Assembly (NCBI GenBank): GCA_003635185.1
Contig: PYJA01000069.1
Location: 1,027 to 65,026 of the forward strand
From: Candidatus Poribacteria bacterium
Lineage (GTDB): Bacteria; Poribacteria; WGA-4E; WGA-3G
DNA length: 64,000 nt
Direction of reading: 5' to 3'
The first letter of the stretch is position 1, and each line of letters opens with the position of its first letter. The translations under genes and the position numbers were made by a program. Below the pieces are notes generated by a model. It did not search any database. It saw nothing but the letters and a program-made list of their open reading frames with translations, and was not told the origin of the DNA. Shown here piece by piece: positions 1 to 9,149 of this stretch.

Positions 1-1
1 T

Positions 2-619
2 GTGGAGCAAGGTTTTAAAGGGATAAAAATTAAGGTAGGACGCGCCAGTCTACACGAAGACATAGCGCGGATATTTGCTGTTAGAAAAGCAATTGGACAA
101 GAACCCTATCTCATGATTGATGCAAATATGAAATGGAACGCACGAGAGGCTATTCAACTTGCTTGCCGTGTGGAAGCAGCAGACCTTTTCTGGTTTGAAG
201 AACCGATTGAGGCAGATGATGTTGAAAGCCACGTGGCACTGCGAGAAAAAACTACCATTCCAATCGCAATTGGTGAAACGATCTACAATAAATTTGTGTT
301 TAAAGAATACATTACACAAGGTGCAGCTGACATCTTACAACCCGATGCAGTTAGAGTAGGTGGTATTTCTGAATGGATGAAGGTGGCACATACCGCTGAA
401 TGTTTCGGTCTTTCTGTCTCGCCCCACTTTCTGATGGATTTGCACATTCATCTTTCTGCTGCAGTGCCGCATTCACTCTTTGTAGAGTATATTCCATCAC
501 TTGATCCGGTGCTGAGTGATACCTTAACACTCAAAGGTGGGCATTTTTCTCCACCTGATCGTCCGGGGCACGGCATTTTGTTTGATAAAGAAAAATTGAA
601 GCAATATCAAATATCGTAG
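2..619 (+). CDS. enolase-superfamily enzyme (mandelate racemase / muconate lactonizing family), C-terminal part; 5' end lies outside the window
   Basis: The ORF is open from the window edge. It has the family-typical blocks KIKVG, MIDANMKW, FWFEEP and ILQPD. Confidence 0.85.
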   Translation: MEQGFKGIKIKVGRASLHEDIARIFAVRKAIGQEPYLMIDANMKWNAREAIQLACRVEAADLFWFEEPIEADDVESHVALREKTTIPIAIGETIYNKFVFKEYITQGAADILQPDAVRVGGISEWMKVAHTAECFGLSVSPHFLMDLHIHLSAAVPHSLFVEYIPSLDPVLSDTLTLKGGHFSPPDRPGHGILFDKEKLKQYQIS

Positions 620-722
620 TATCTATGGCGGGTTTTGTAAACTCTACTTGACTTACAAAAAACACTATATAATACTTGTCGTAAACGGCACACGGCGTGT
701 GCCTACTACTATGAGGGAGCCC

Positions 723-1433
723 ATGAAACTTGAGAATTGCATCGCTATTATTACAGGTGGCGGACGTGGTATTGGACGTGCGACTGCCTTGGCGTTTGCC
801 AAAGAAGGTGCAGACATCGTCCTCGCTGCACGAACTGAAAATGAGATCACTGCAGTTGCCGATGAGGTGAAACAACTCGGCAGACGTGCACTCCCTATCA
901 AAACTGATGTACAACAGAAAACCGAAGTGGATGCGATGGTTGCACAAACACTTGAGACCTTTGGTAAGGTAGATATTCTCGTCAATAATGCAGGTGTGGC
1001 TGTTCATAACCCGATTCCAAAGATACGGGAAGAGGATTGGGATTTGACAATCGCGGTGAACCTCAAAGGTGTTTTTCTGTGTACACAAGCTGTTTTTAGC
1101 CACATGTGTGAACAGAAATATGGTCATATTGTCAATGTCTCCTCGGTATCGGGTAAATATGGTCATGTCCACGGCGGTGCGTATTGCGCTTCCAAATTCG
1201 CTGTTGTCGGTTTCACTGAAACAACGAACAATGAAGGTAGACCGCATGGTGTAAAAGCCTCGGTTGTCTGTCCCGGTCCAGTTGATACGAAGATGCGCCG
1301 CGATAATCACCCCGACGATGTAATTGAGCATCTAACACTCCCAGAAGATGTCGCTGACCTGATTCTTTTCCTTGTATCGCAATCTCCCCGCGCACATACG
1401 CTTGAAACTGTTATCCGAACCCCGTTAATGTAG
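723..1433 (+). CDS. short-chain dehydrogenase/reductase (SDR)
   Basis: Cofactor motif TGGGRGIGRA, NNAG, and the catalytic S...YxxxK block (SSVSG...YCASK). I chose the ATG at 723, which follows GAGGGAG; the ORF track extends upstream to 648, through a REP-like palindrome. Confidence 0.9.
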   Translation: MKLENCIAIITGGGRGIGRATALAFAKEGADIVLAARTENEITAVADEVKQLGRRALPIKTDVQQKTEVDAMVAQTLETFGKVDILVNNAGVAVHNPIPKIREEDWDLTIAVNLKGVFLCTQAVFSHMCEQKYGHIVNVSSVSGKYGHVHGGAYCASKFAVVGFTETTNNEGRPHGVKASVVCPGPVDTKMRRDNHPDDVIEHLTLPEDVADLILFLVSQSPRAHTLETVIRTPLM

Positions 1434-1454
1434 CTTGTTCAGCATATACGAAAC

Positions 1455-2219
1455 ATGTTTATCGATTCACACACACATATTCAGATCTCACAATTTGATC
1501 CTGATCAAGATGCTGTCCTAAAACGTGCATTAGAAGCTGAAGTCTCAACTATCCTTGTCATCGGATTTGATTTAGAAACCAGTCTCGGTGCGGTTGAACT
1601 TGCAGAGACACATGAAAATCTATTTGCTACGGTAGGCATGCATCCGCACGATGCAAAAGACTTAACCCCCGATGTGCTAAAAACTTTTCGTGAACTCTTA
1701 CATCATCCGAAGGTAATTGCTCTCGGTGAAATAGGATTGGATTACTATCGGAATCTCTCGCCACATGCTGTGCAAAAAGAAGCATTTGAAAAACAATTAG
1801 ACCTTGCCGAAGAGATGGAAATACCGATAATTGTCCATAACCGCGACGCGTATATGGACATCCTTCCCATCTTAGATGCACGACAGGGACAAATCCAAGG
1901 TGTCCTACACTGCTTCACTGGCGATGTTGAATTGATGCATCGGAGTCTTGAAATCGGATTCTATATCGGTATCGGAGGAATCGTTACATACCCAAACGCT
2001 AAAGATGTACAAGCCGTGGCAAGGGAAGTACCGTTAGAACGGTTATTGATAGAAACCGATTGTCCGTGGTTGGCACCGCAATCTTGGCGCGGTAAACGGA
2101 ATGAGCCAGCGTATGTCCGCGCAGTTGCAGAAAAAATCGCAGAACTTCGCAAGACTTCCGTAGGGACAATTGGTAAAATCACAACAAAGAATTTCAATTT
2201 ACTGTTCAAAACTCATTAG
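1455..2219 (+). CDS. tatD: TatD-family metal-dependent hydrolase/DNase
   Basis: N-terminal DSHTH metal-binding motif, HCFTG, and ETDCPW near the C-terminus. Length is about 254 aa. Confidence 0.9.
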   Translation: MFIDSHTHIQISQFDPDQDAVLKRALEAEVSTILVIGFDLETSLGAVELAETHENLFATVGMHPHDAKDLTPDVLKTFRELLHHPKVIALGEIGLDYYRNLSPHAVQKEAFEKQLDLAEEMEIPIIVHNRDAYMDILPILDARQGQIQGVLHCFTGDVELMHRSLEIGFYIGIGGIVTYPNAKDVQAVAREVPLERLLIETDCPWLAPQSWRGKRNEPAYVRAVAEKIAELRKTSVGTIGKITTKNFNLLFKTH

Positions 2220-2239
2220 CAGAAGGACAAACATCAGGT

Positions 2240-3346
2240 ATGAAGCATCTGAATCTTCGCACGTATGTGATGGTAATTGCTCTTGTCTGTATCTGGATCA
2301 TTTTTTCACTCTTAGAAGGCACCTTCCTTAGCTCACGAAACCTTTCTAATCTCTCCCGCCGAGCAACAGTAACAGCCATTCTTGCAATCGGTATGACGTT
2401 TGTCATCGTCTCTGCCAACATTGACCTATCTGTCGGTTTTGGTGCTGGTTTGCTTGGTGCTATCACTGCAATCCTGCATGTTCAATTGGGACAGCCAATA
2501 ATCTTAACACTATTCATTGTAATCTGCCTCGGAATTCTAATAGGTTTGATGCAAGGTTACCTCGTTGCATATCAGCACATCCCAGCGTTTATCGTCACAC
2601 TTGGAGGATTTTTGGTATTTCGAGGACTGATGTTAGCATTTACAAAAGGTAAAACGATCCTTTTGCACGATAATTGGCTAAAAGCTATTGGCAACGCCTA
2701 CCTTCCGCGTGCTATTGGATGGACTATAATGCTAATTGGACTTGGGGTAAGTGGATATGTATTTTTTCGACAACTCTCAACTTCACGAGCAACGCACACT
2801 GAAAGAGCATATCTACCCACAATTTTAAAAATTGTTGGCACGTGGGGTTGTATTATTGCTTTTGTTGCTGTGATGAATAATTACAAAGGAATTCCATTTT
2901 CAGCATGCATTTTATTTGGATTGGTATTTGTGTTTCACTTCATCGCAAACCGCACCCGTTTCGGAAGATATGTTTACGCTGTTGGTGGCAATGCCGAAGC
3001 AGCCTATCTCTCCGGGATTAACGTGCGGAGCATCACATTACGGGTGTTTGCAATAATGGGGGCATTGATGGCGATCGCAGGCATTGTCATGACAGCCCGC
3101 CTCGGAAGTGCCGGTCCAGATGCAGGCAGATTACGTGAGTTAGACGCGATTGCCGCGTGTGTTATCGGTGGTGCCAGTTTAATGGGTGGGCGCGGGAGCA
3201 TTCTCGGTGCAATCTTAGGGGCATTCGTCATGGCAAGTCTCAGCAACGGAATGGAGATGGCAAATATGGGCACTGCAGGACAAGATATTATCAAAGGGAT
3301 AGTCCTTGTTGCAGCCGTCGGGTTTGATATAGCATCGCGAAAATGA
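2240..3346 (+). CDS. sugar ABC transporter permease (RbsC/XylH/AraH-type)
   Basis: Polytopic membrane protein with the conserved GGNAEAAYLSGINV block of this permease family. No cognate ATPase or binding protein lies adjacent. Confidence 0.8.
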   Translation: MKHLNLRTYVMVIALVCIWIIFSLLEGTFLSSRNLSNLSRRATVTAILAIGMTFVIVSANIDLSVGFGAGLLGAITAILHVQLGQPIILTLFIVICLGILIGLMQGYLVAYQHIPAFIVTLGGFLVFRGLMLAFTKGKTILLHDNWLKAIGNAYLPRAIGWTIMLIGLGVSGYVFFRQLSTSRATHTERAYLPTILKIVGTWGCIIAFVAVMNNYKGIPFSACILFGLVFVFHFIANRTRFGRYVYAVGGNAEAAYLSGINVRSITLRVFAIMGALMAIAGIVMTARLGSAGPDAGRLRELDAIAACVIGGASLMGGRGSILGAILGAFVMASLSNGMEMANMGTAGQDIIKGIVLVAAVGFDIASRK

Positions 3347-3387
3347 TTTCTATTTCCTTCAATTAGTTTTTCAGATACCAACACTTT

Positions 3388-3510
3388 CAGGACTTACGCA
3401 TTCCCCTTAATAAGGGGGAGCGGGGTAAAAAGTCGTTATTTCAGTGATTTATCTGCCCGGACGCTATCGCTATGGGGCCCATCCCCTAAATCCCTCTTAT
3501 CAGGGGAACC
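3388..3510. repeat. degenerate copy of the palindromic element family seen at 48071-48204
   Basis: The left arm caggacttacgcattccccttaataaggggg matches the reverse complement of the right arm at 48204. The right arm here (cccctaaatccctcttatcagggg) is diverged. Confidence 0.7.
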
Positions 3511-3945
3511 TTTGAATACATTGTGTTTGGCCTGGTTTATAAAAATTGAACTTGTGATTATACCAATAAAGCTGATAATTATACCGCCATCAATGTTAAG
3601 TGTTGAATGTTTGAAGCGCTTTGATCTAAAGCCCCCACAAATCCATCAGATACTCCTTTTCGGAGTTGCTTTTTCTGATGGTTTCTGATACAATATCAGA
3701 TAAAGTTGAACAATCAGAAAAAGCAACTCGCTTTTTTGTGTTCAATTAGGGGATGACAGCCCCCTAATTTCTTATCTAAATTGTCCCATGTTTTCATAAT
3801 AAAAACAAGCGAAAAATGTAGTCTACATCTATGTTTAGAACGATTTTAAAATTTTGTTGCAAGTCTAAAACTACTTATTGCGAAACACTTTACTAAATCC
3901 TTCTAAATATACATAAAACTTTCTTATTTCAGATTTCAAATTTTC

Positions 3946-4701
3946 ATGGTAGAAAAACAGATGCGAGAAGAAAATTTACAAGCACCCGATTCACTTCAGA
4001 CACCTCATATATGTGAAGGCGGAAACCTTGACTGCGGTTCTGGACTGCTTCTACTTATTCGGAAATCTATGGAAAAAGTGCCAGATGGGGAAGTGCTGGA
4101 GATTCGCAGTACGGAGATAAGTGTCAAAGAAGACCTGCCTGCGTGGTGTAGAATGACAGAAAACCCTTACCTTGGGTGGCGCCCCTCTGCGGAGCATAAC
4201 AAATATTTTGTGCAGCGCGGAGAAGCGGAACAAGATGCAGATGCCGCTTACGAACAAGCACGAGACTATAGATGGCAGACGCGTATTCATTGGGATGGTG
4301 GACTACAAGCAAAGGTTTTTTGTAGGAATCATTCATGGGCTGTAGGACAACCCGCAAGTTTTGATGTACGGGATGCTGCGCCAAGTGCTGTGGAGTATGT
4401 CCTCGGAGCGCTTGGGGCTTGTTTAGCTATGGGTTTTCAGATTCGTGCATCACAGCAGAAAATTGAAATTGATGAATTGGAAATATCATTAAGCGGTCAG
4501 ATTGACAATATTTTTGTCTTTCTCGGCACGGAACAGGAGGGACATAGCGGGTTTAAAGAGGTGCGCGGCACAATTTATGTCGCATCCGATGCAGATGATG
4601 AAGTATTAGAAAGGTTATGGGAGGAAACCCTTGCTGCCTCGCCTGTGACGAATACGCTGGCGCGTGATGTGGATATAAACGTAGACCTGCGAGTGATATA
4701 A
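3946..4701 (+). CDS. two-domain protein: TusA/SirA-like N-terminal domain fused to an OsmC-like C-terminal domain
   Basis: The N-terminus (LDCGSGLLLLIRKSM...GEVLEIRSTE) resembles the TusA fold. The C-terminus (AVEYVLGALGACLAMGF...SPVTNTL) resembles OsmC/Ohr. Confidence 0.6.
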   Translation: MVEKQMREENLQAPDSLQTPHICEGGNLDCGSGLLLLIRKSMEKVPDGEVLEIRSTEISVKEDLPAWCRMTENPYLGWRPSAEHNKYFVQRGEAEQDADAAYEQARDYRWQTRIHWDGGLQAKVFCRNHSWAVGQPASFDVRDAAPSAVEYVLGALGACLAMGFQIRASQQKIEIDELEISLSGQIDNIFVFLGTEQEGHSGFKEVRGTIYVASDADDEVLERLWEETLAASPVTNTLARDVDINVDLRVI

Positions 4702-4741
4702 ACGAAAGCGTAAGGAAAAGCAAAAACGGAAATACAGTTAT

Positions 4742-6781
4742 ATGAATGAATTTTTAACATTGTTACTCCCGTGGAAAGAGACACCAAATGACCAGATTTC
4801 CGACATTTTTGTTTATATCATTGGTGCTTCCTCCCTCATATTATTGATTTATTTTGTTGTAAAAATTTACCTCCGATACAACTCAATTAGAAATTTAACA
4901 CGCAAAATCAAAAACAGTCAATTCGAAAGACCCGCTCAGCCTTCAATATTACAGGAATTAAAAGAAGAGTTTGCTCGTAAAACCGAATTTACTGAAGCAT
5001 GGCAGGAATTTGAAGATTCACTGATTACACGTCAGCGTGATGAAAACCAAAAAATAGTATACAAAACAGATGAAGCATCATTTTTCTTCAGTGAAGACCG
5101 TCTACTTAGGCAATATATGAATCTTCGATTTTGGAATAGCATTCCTGCTATATTGGTCGGATTCGGGATTCTTGGGACTTTTGTCGGCTTAGTTTGGGGA
5201 TTGATACCGTTTTCAGATACTGATTTTCAAGAAACAGATGATATCAAGACTGCAATTGAAGGACTTCTCTCTGGAGTATCAACAGCGTTTGTCACATCCG
5301 TTTGGGGAATGGTAACTTCTCTGTTGTTTAATGCAGTGGAGAAGTTGACAATTGGGGGTTTAAATAGTGAAATATCAAATCTGCATCGGTCACTTGATAG
5401 AATATTTACATTAACAGTCGCAGAGGAAATTGCATTTAGGCAAGAAGATGAATTAGCACAACAGACATCAGCTCTTAAATCGTTTTCAACAGATTTATCG
5501 AATGTAATTATAAGTGCAATGACAGAAGGTAGGCAAGAATTAATTCAGGAGCTTCGCAAGTCAACTGATATTTTTAGCTATGCAATTACTGAAAAATTGG
5601 ATCTTACTCTTAATGCCTTGAATACTGCTATTTCAAGTTCTGAAAAAAATATAATAGATGCTATGAAGGAGGGTAGACAAGAAATTATTTCAGAGATCCA
5701 AAATGCTCCTGATGCATTTAGTGAAGCAGTGGCAAAACAGTTGGAACCAAGCCTTGATAAATTGAACGAAACCGTAGAAAAATTGCGACAAGAAAAAGAA
5801 GAATCTTCTACTGAAGCCATCCGAGAATTGGTTGAGGAATTTAAAAAAGCACTTTCAGGATCATTCACAGAAGAGATCGAAACTCTCGTGAAGAATCTTA
5901 GCACAGTGAGTCAAAGCCTATTAGAACTACCAAATCAGATGAGAACAATGATGGATGGGGTACAAGAAAAAATTGATGAAATCTGTGAATCACTGCAAAA
6001 AGCAATAGACGGACAAACTACATCTACGGAAGATACGATAAGGAAAATCTTGCAAGAACTTCAAAAAGCAATGGACGAATTGAAAGCAGTAATAGATTCC
6101 ACTACATCAACAGCCGCAACGGAATCGTCTGAAATGATTAGACAAATCCGAGAGAGTGTAAACGAAACTACAGATCGACTTAAGAAAATTTTTGAGGAAG
6201 GTGAAACACATATCAGCGTATTATTAGATCGTCAAAATAAATTGATTGAGGCGATTGATAAACCTATATCCAAATCGCAAGAAGCACTTCAGGCTGGAAA
6301 TGTTCTGTTGCAAGGAGTTAATACAAGCCTAATTAATGCAAATGAAATGATTGTGACAATGCAAGCATTTTCAGATCAATTGAAGGGATCCGCGGATACA
6401 CTTACAACCGCAGGAGAGAACCTGAAAGCATCAAGTGATGCGTTCAGTCACCAGAATGCCGAATATCTTAAAGCGAATCGCGAAACAAATCAGCAGATTC
6501 AAGAGTCTCTCCAACAATCCCAAAAATTGCTTGATGAGTTCGCTGGTAAATTTGAAACAATTCAGTCTGGGTTACAAGGCATCTTTGAGGAAATTCAGCA
6601 AGGCATGGATCGTTATTCTTCAACCACCCGTGAATCTATTGGAAAGTCTATTGATGAATTCTCTAAGCACTTGGCAGATGCTGCAGACAAGCTTGCTGGT
6701 AGTGTTTCTGCACTTGACAACAGTGTTGAGGAATTAAGTGACATGATTGAGCAATTTTCGAAGTTACGGAGAGACAGATAA
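4742..6781 (+). CDS. zorA: ZorA-like protein: MotA/ExbB-type proton-channel domain with a long coiled-coil tail (Zorya type I)
   Basis: Three TM segments include the MotA/ExbB-like block ILVGFGILGTFVGL...LSGVSTAFVTSVWGMVTSLLFN. These are followed by about 430 aa of low-complexity helical sequence. The stop overlaps the zorB start (TAATG). Confidence 0.85.
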   Translation: MNEFLTLLLPWKETPNDQISDIFVYIIGASSLILLIYFVVKIYLRYNSIRNLTRKIKNSQFERPAQPSILQELKEEFARKTEFTEAWQEFEDSLITRQRDENQKIVYKTDEASFFFSEDRLLRQYMNLRFWNSIPAILVGFGILGTFVGLVWGLIPFSDTDFQETDDIKTAIEGLLSGVSTAFVTSVWGMVTSLLFNAVEKLTIGGLNSEISNLHRSLDRIFTLTVAEEIAFRQEDELAQQTSALKSFSTDLSNVIISAMTEGRQELIQELRKSTDIFSYAITEKLDLTLNALNTAISSSEKNIIDAMKEGRQEIISEIQNAPDAFSEAVAKQLEPSLDKLNETVEKLRQEKEESSTEAIRELVEEFKKALSGSFTEEIETLVKNLSTVSQSLLELPNQMRTMMDGVQEKIDEICESLQKAIDGQTTSTEDTIRKILQELQKAMDELKAVIDSTTSTAATESSEMIRQIRESVNETTDRLKKIFEEGETHISVLLDRQNKLIEAIDKPISKSQEALQAGNVLLQGVNTSLINANEMIVTMQAFSDQLKGSADTLTTAGENLKASSDAFSHQNAEYLKANRETNQQIQESLQQSQKLLDEFAGKFETIQSGLQGIFEEIQQGMDRYSSTTRESIGKSIDEFSKHLADAADKLAGSVSALDNSVEELSDMIEQFSKLRRDR

Positions 6782-7536
6782 TGTATAGAACTCTTCCTAA
6801 ATCAAAATCGCTCACAGATGAAAATCCGTTCAGTTTATCATTAGGCGATTTAATGGCAGGTTTATTGCTAATTTTCGTGCTATTACTCTCTTTTCTCATG
6901 TTGGATTTGATGGAAAAAGAGGAACGTGATAATGAAATCAATAAGAGATTGTTGGAAATCTTTACAGATTACGTAACGTTACGCGAAAATTTATACAAAG
7001 ACCTTAAGAGCGAGTTTGAAGAAGATCTCCCAAAATGGAATGCAGTTTTGGATAGAGAGAAACTTTCTGTCCGTTTTAGAGAGCCAACAGTATTATTTGC
7101 ACAAGGACAGGCAGAAGTGCAGTTTGCTTTCAAAGAGATATTGGATGATTTTTTTCCTCGTTACATAAAAATTCTAAAACGCCCTGAATATGTCAATAGC
7201 ATAGCAGAAATTCGGATTGAGGGACACACATCGAGTGAATGGTCAGAGTTAGTTAGTGAAGAAGATGCATATATTCTCAATATGGAGTTATCACAAGACA
7301 GAACCAGAAGCGTGCTTCAATATGTGCTGGATGTACCTGAAATCGGTACTCATCGAGATTGGATACAGCAGCTCTTAACTGCAAACGGCTTATCTTCAAG
7401 TAAGCTGATTGATAATCCAGATGGCACACAGAATAGAGAAGAATCAAGACGAGTAGAGTTTCGCGTACGGACTAATGCAGAAAAGCAGCTTGAGAAAATT
7501 AAAGAACTTGAACACCTTATCGGAGATAAACCGTGA
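6781..7536 (+). CDS. zorB: ZorB-like protein: MotB-type TM plug with conserved Asp plus an OmpA-like peptidoglycan-binding domain
   Basis: N-terminal SLGDLMAGLLLIFVLLL carries an Asp just before the TM segment. C-terminal OmpA-like blocks are IRIEGHTSS, LSQDRTRSV and RRVEFRV. There is a 4-nt overlap (GTGA) with zorC. Confidence 0.85.
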   Translation: MYRTLPKSKSLTDENPFSLSLGDLMAGLLLIFVLLLSFLMLDLMEKEERDNEINKRLLEIFTDYVTLRENLYKDLKSEFEEDLPKWNAVLDREKLSVRFREPTVLFAQGQAEVQFAFKEILDDFFPRYIKILKRPEYVNSIAEIRIEGHTSSEWSELVSEEDAYILNMELSQDRTRSVLQYVLDVPEIGTHRDWIQQLLTANGLSSSKLIDNPDGTQNREESRRVEFRVRTNAEKQLEKIKELEHLIGDKP

Positions 7537-8975
7537 ATTCAGCAAAAAAGCTCCTTCAATTCAATTTTGATGCCGATGAATTTGCCCGTCGTGCACTGAA
7601 ACCAATTGAAATTCCAACAGAAAGATTCGCTATTTTGGAAAAAATTATGAAAGATCATGATGGAAAGGGAAATGGTCCACCTAATCCGGTAACTCTTCGC
7701 GAGATTTACCGGATCTTCATAAACACTCCGCCAGGTAATCTCCGAAACAAATTTAACACGCTCAGACGAATCCGACAACTTGCATGGGCATTGACCTACT
7801 CCGAAGATGGGCTGCCTCGTATTGTGGATATACCGCAACTCAAAGATGCACTTCAGTTAATTGAAAATCGTTTTCGTGTGAGTGCACTGCGCGGTGTTTT
7901 TAAAACTTTACTGGAGGCGTGGGATAGCCCAAATGCCAATATGCTACGTGCGTTTGTTAAAAAGCATTTGAAAGATTATGATGGAAAACAAAAATTCTTT
8001 CAGAAACTGAAAACAAACATGCGTTGGTATTGTGAGGAGAACGGCACGACTCAACTTGCAACAACTCTATTGCGTTCACAAGTGAAGTTGGCTGATATCT
8101 GGTCATTTCTTGATCTTGAATCATCTAAAAATGAATATATGTACCGTTATTCCTACTTTGGATCTGTTGCAATGGCGTATGTTTCTATCGGCAGTCCTAA
8201 CGATATAGAGGTTGTTAAGGATGTCGTTGAATTTGTCAAGGAACATAATAATGATAAAACAAGTCGTGCTGTTTTATCTAAACTTATTGAACAACTCGGA
8301 TATGATGCCTCTGAAGGTTTGCGCCAACCTATTCAATCTTATGTTCTTCAAAAGTGGAGAGATCCGCGACTTGCAGGATCGAACTGGCACGATGTCTCTC
8401 CTGAAGCGCGCAAAATCTTCACTAAATGGCTTACAGAAGCTGACCTCGACTTTTTCTTTGATATAGTATCCAGAGCATGCCATGACCAAAAATTTGCCTA
8501 CAGAAAAGCATTTTGGTTGGCATACTTTGATCATATTTCCTTCTGTTGTCTAGTGTTACGAGGAAATGCTGAGTATCTTTTCAAACATGACTCGCAAGCC
8601 CTGCAATACTATCGTGATCGTCGCCCAGCGACGTTGAGAGGAGGGAGTAGCGATCAACATGCTTTCATTATTCAGATGGGTAATTATACCTTTGTTGAGT
8701 TTAGTACGGCGGGAGCATGTTATGTATATTATAATGTTAATCTTCCCTTTGAATTGGGGAAATCGGAATATTACATGCACGAGTTGCGGAATCAAGATTG
8801 GGCGGTACATCGAGTAATTCACCAAAATTCAGAAAACTATTATTGGCAAAAAAATTTGGCAGAATGGATAAAAAAGGAAATCGGATATGAACCTATTCGT
8901 AGTTATCGACTTCATGCTCAAGATGAGAGAGAAAGTAATCAAAATCCAGAGGCGTATATAAGATTTCCTCTGTAA
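7533..8975 (+). CDS. zorC: ZorC-like protein (EH-signature-type domain)
   Basis: It occupies the third position of a zorAB-led operon, with translational coupling to zorB. The C-terminal region (RKAFWLAYFDHI...FVEFSTAG...HRVIHQNS) is consistent with my recollection of the EH-signature family. I could not run a profile search. Confidence 0.65.
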   Translation: MNSAKKLLQFNFDADEFARRALKPIEIPTERFAILEKIMKDHDGKGNGPPNPVTLREIYRIFINTPPGNLRNKFNTLRRIRQLAWALTYSEDGLPRIVDIPQLKDALQLIENRFRVSALRGVFKTLLEAWDSPNANMLRAFVKKHLKDYDGKQKFFQKLKTNMRWYCEENGTTQLATTLLRSQVKLADIWSFLDLESSKNEYMYRYSYFGSVAMAYVSIGSPNDIEVVKDVVEFVKEHNNDKTSRAVLSKLIEQLGYDASEGLRQPIQSYVLQKWRDPRLAGSNWHDVSPEARKIFTKWLTEADLDFFFDIVSRACHDQKFAYRKAFWLAYFDHISFCCLVLRGNAEYLFKHDSQALQYYRDRRPATLRGGSSDQHAFIIQMGNYTFVEFSTAGACYVYYNVNLPFELGKSEYYMHELRNQDWAVHRVIHQNSENYYWQKNLAEWIKKEIGYEPIRSYRLHAQDERESNQNPEAYIRFPL

Positions 8976-9149
8976 TTTCAGGCGGCTTATGAGAGAGAAA
9001 GTAATCAAATCCAGAGGACATTGAGAAAATACGTATAAATTGCGCTAACAAGAATTGTAGGCAAAATTGCAAATTTCTGTCACAGAGAATCAGTTAAGAA
9101 TTACAAGTCCAACATGTAGAACAACTTTTGAATACTAAACGGCGGTGTT

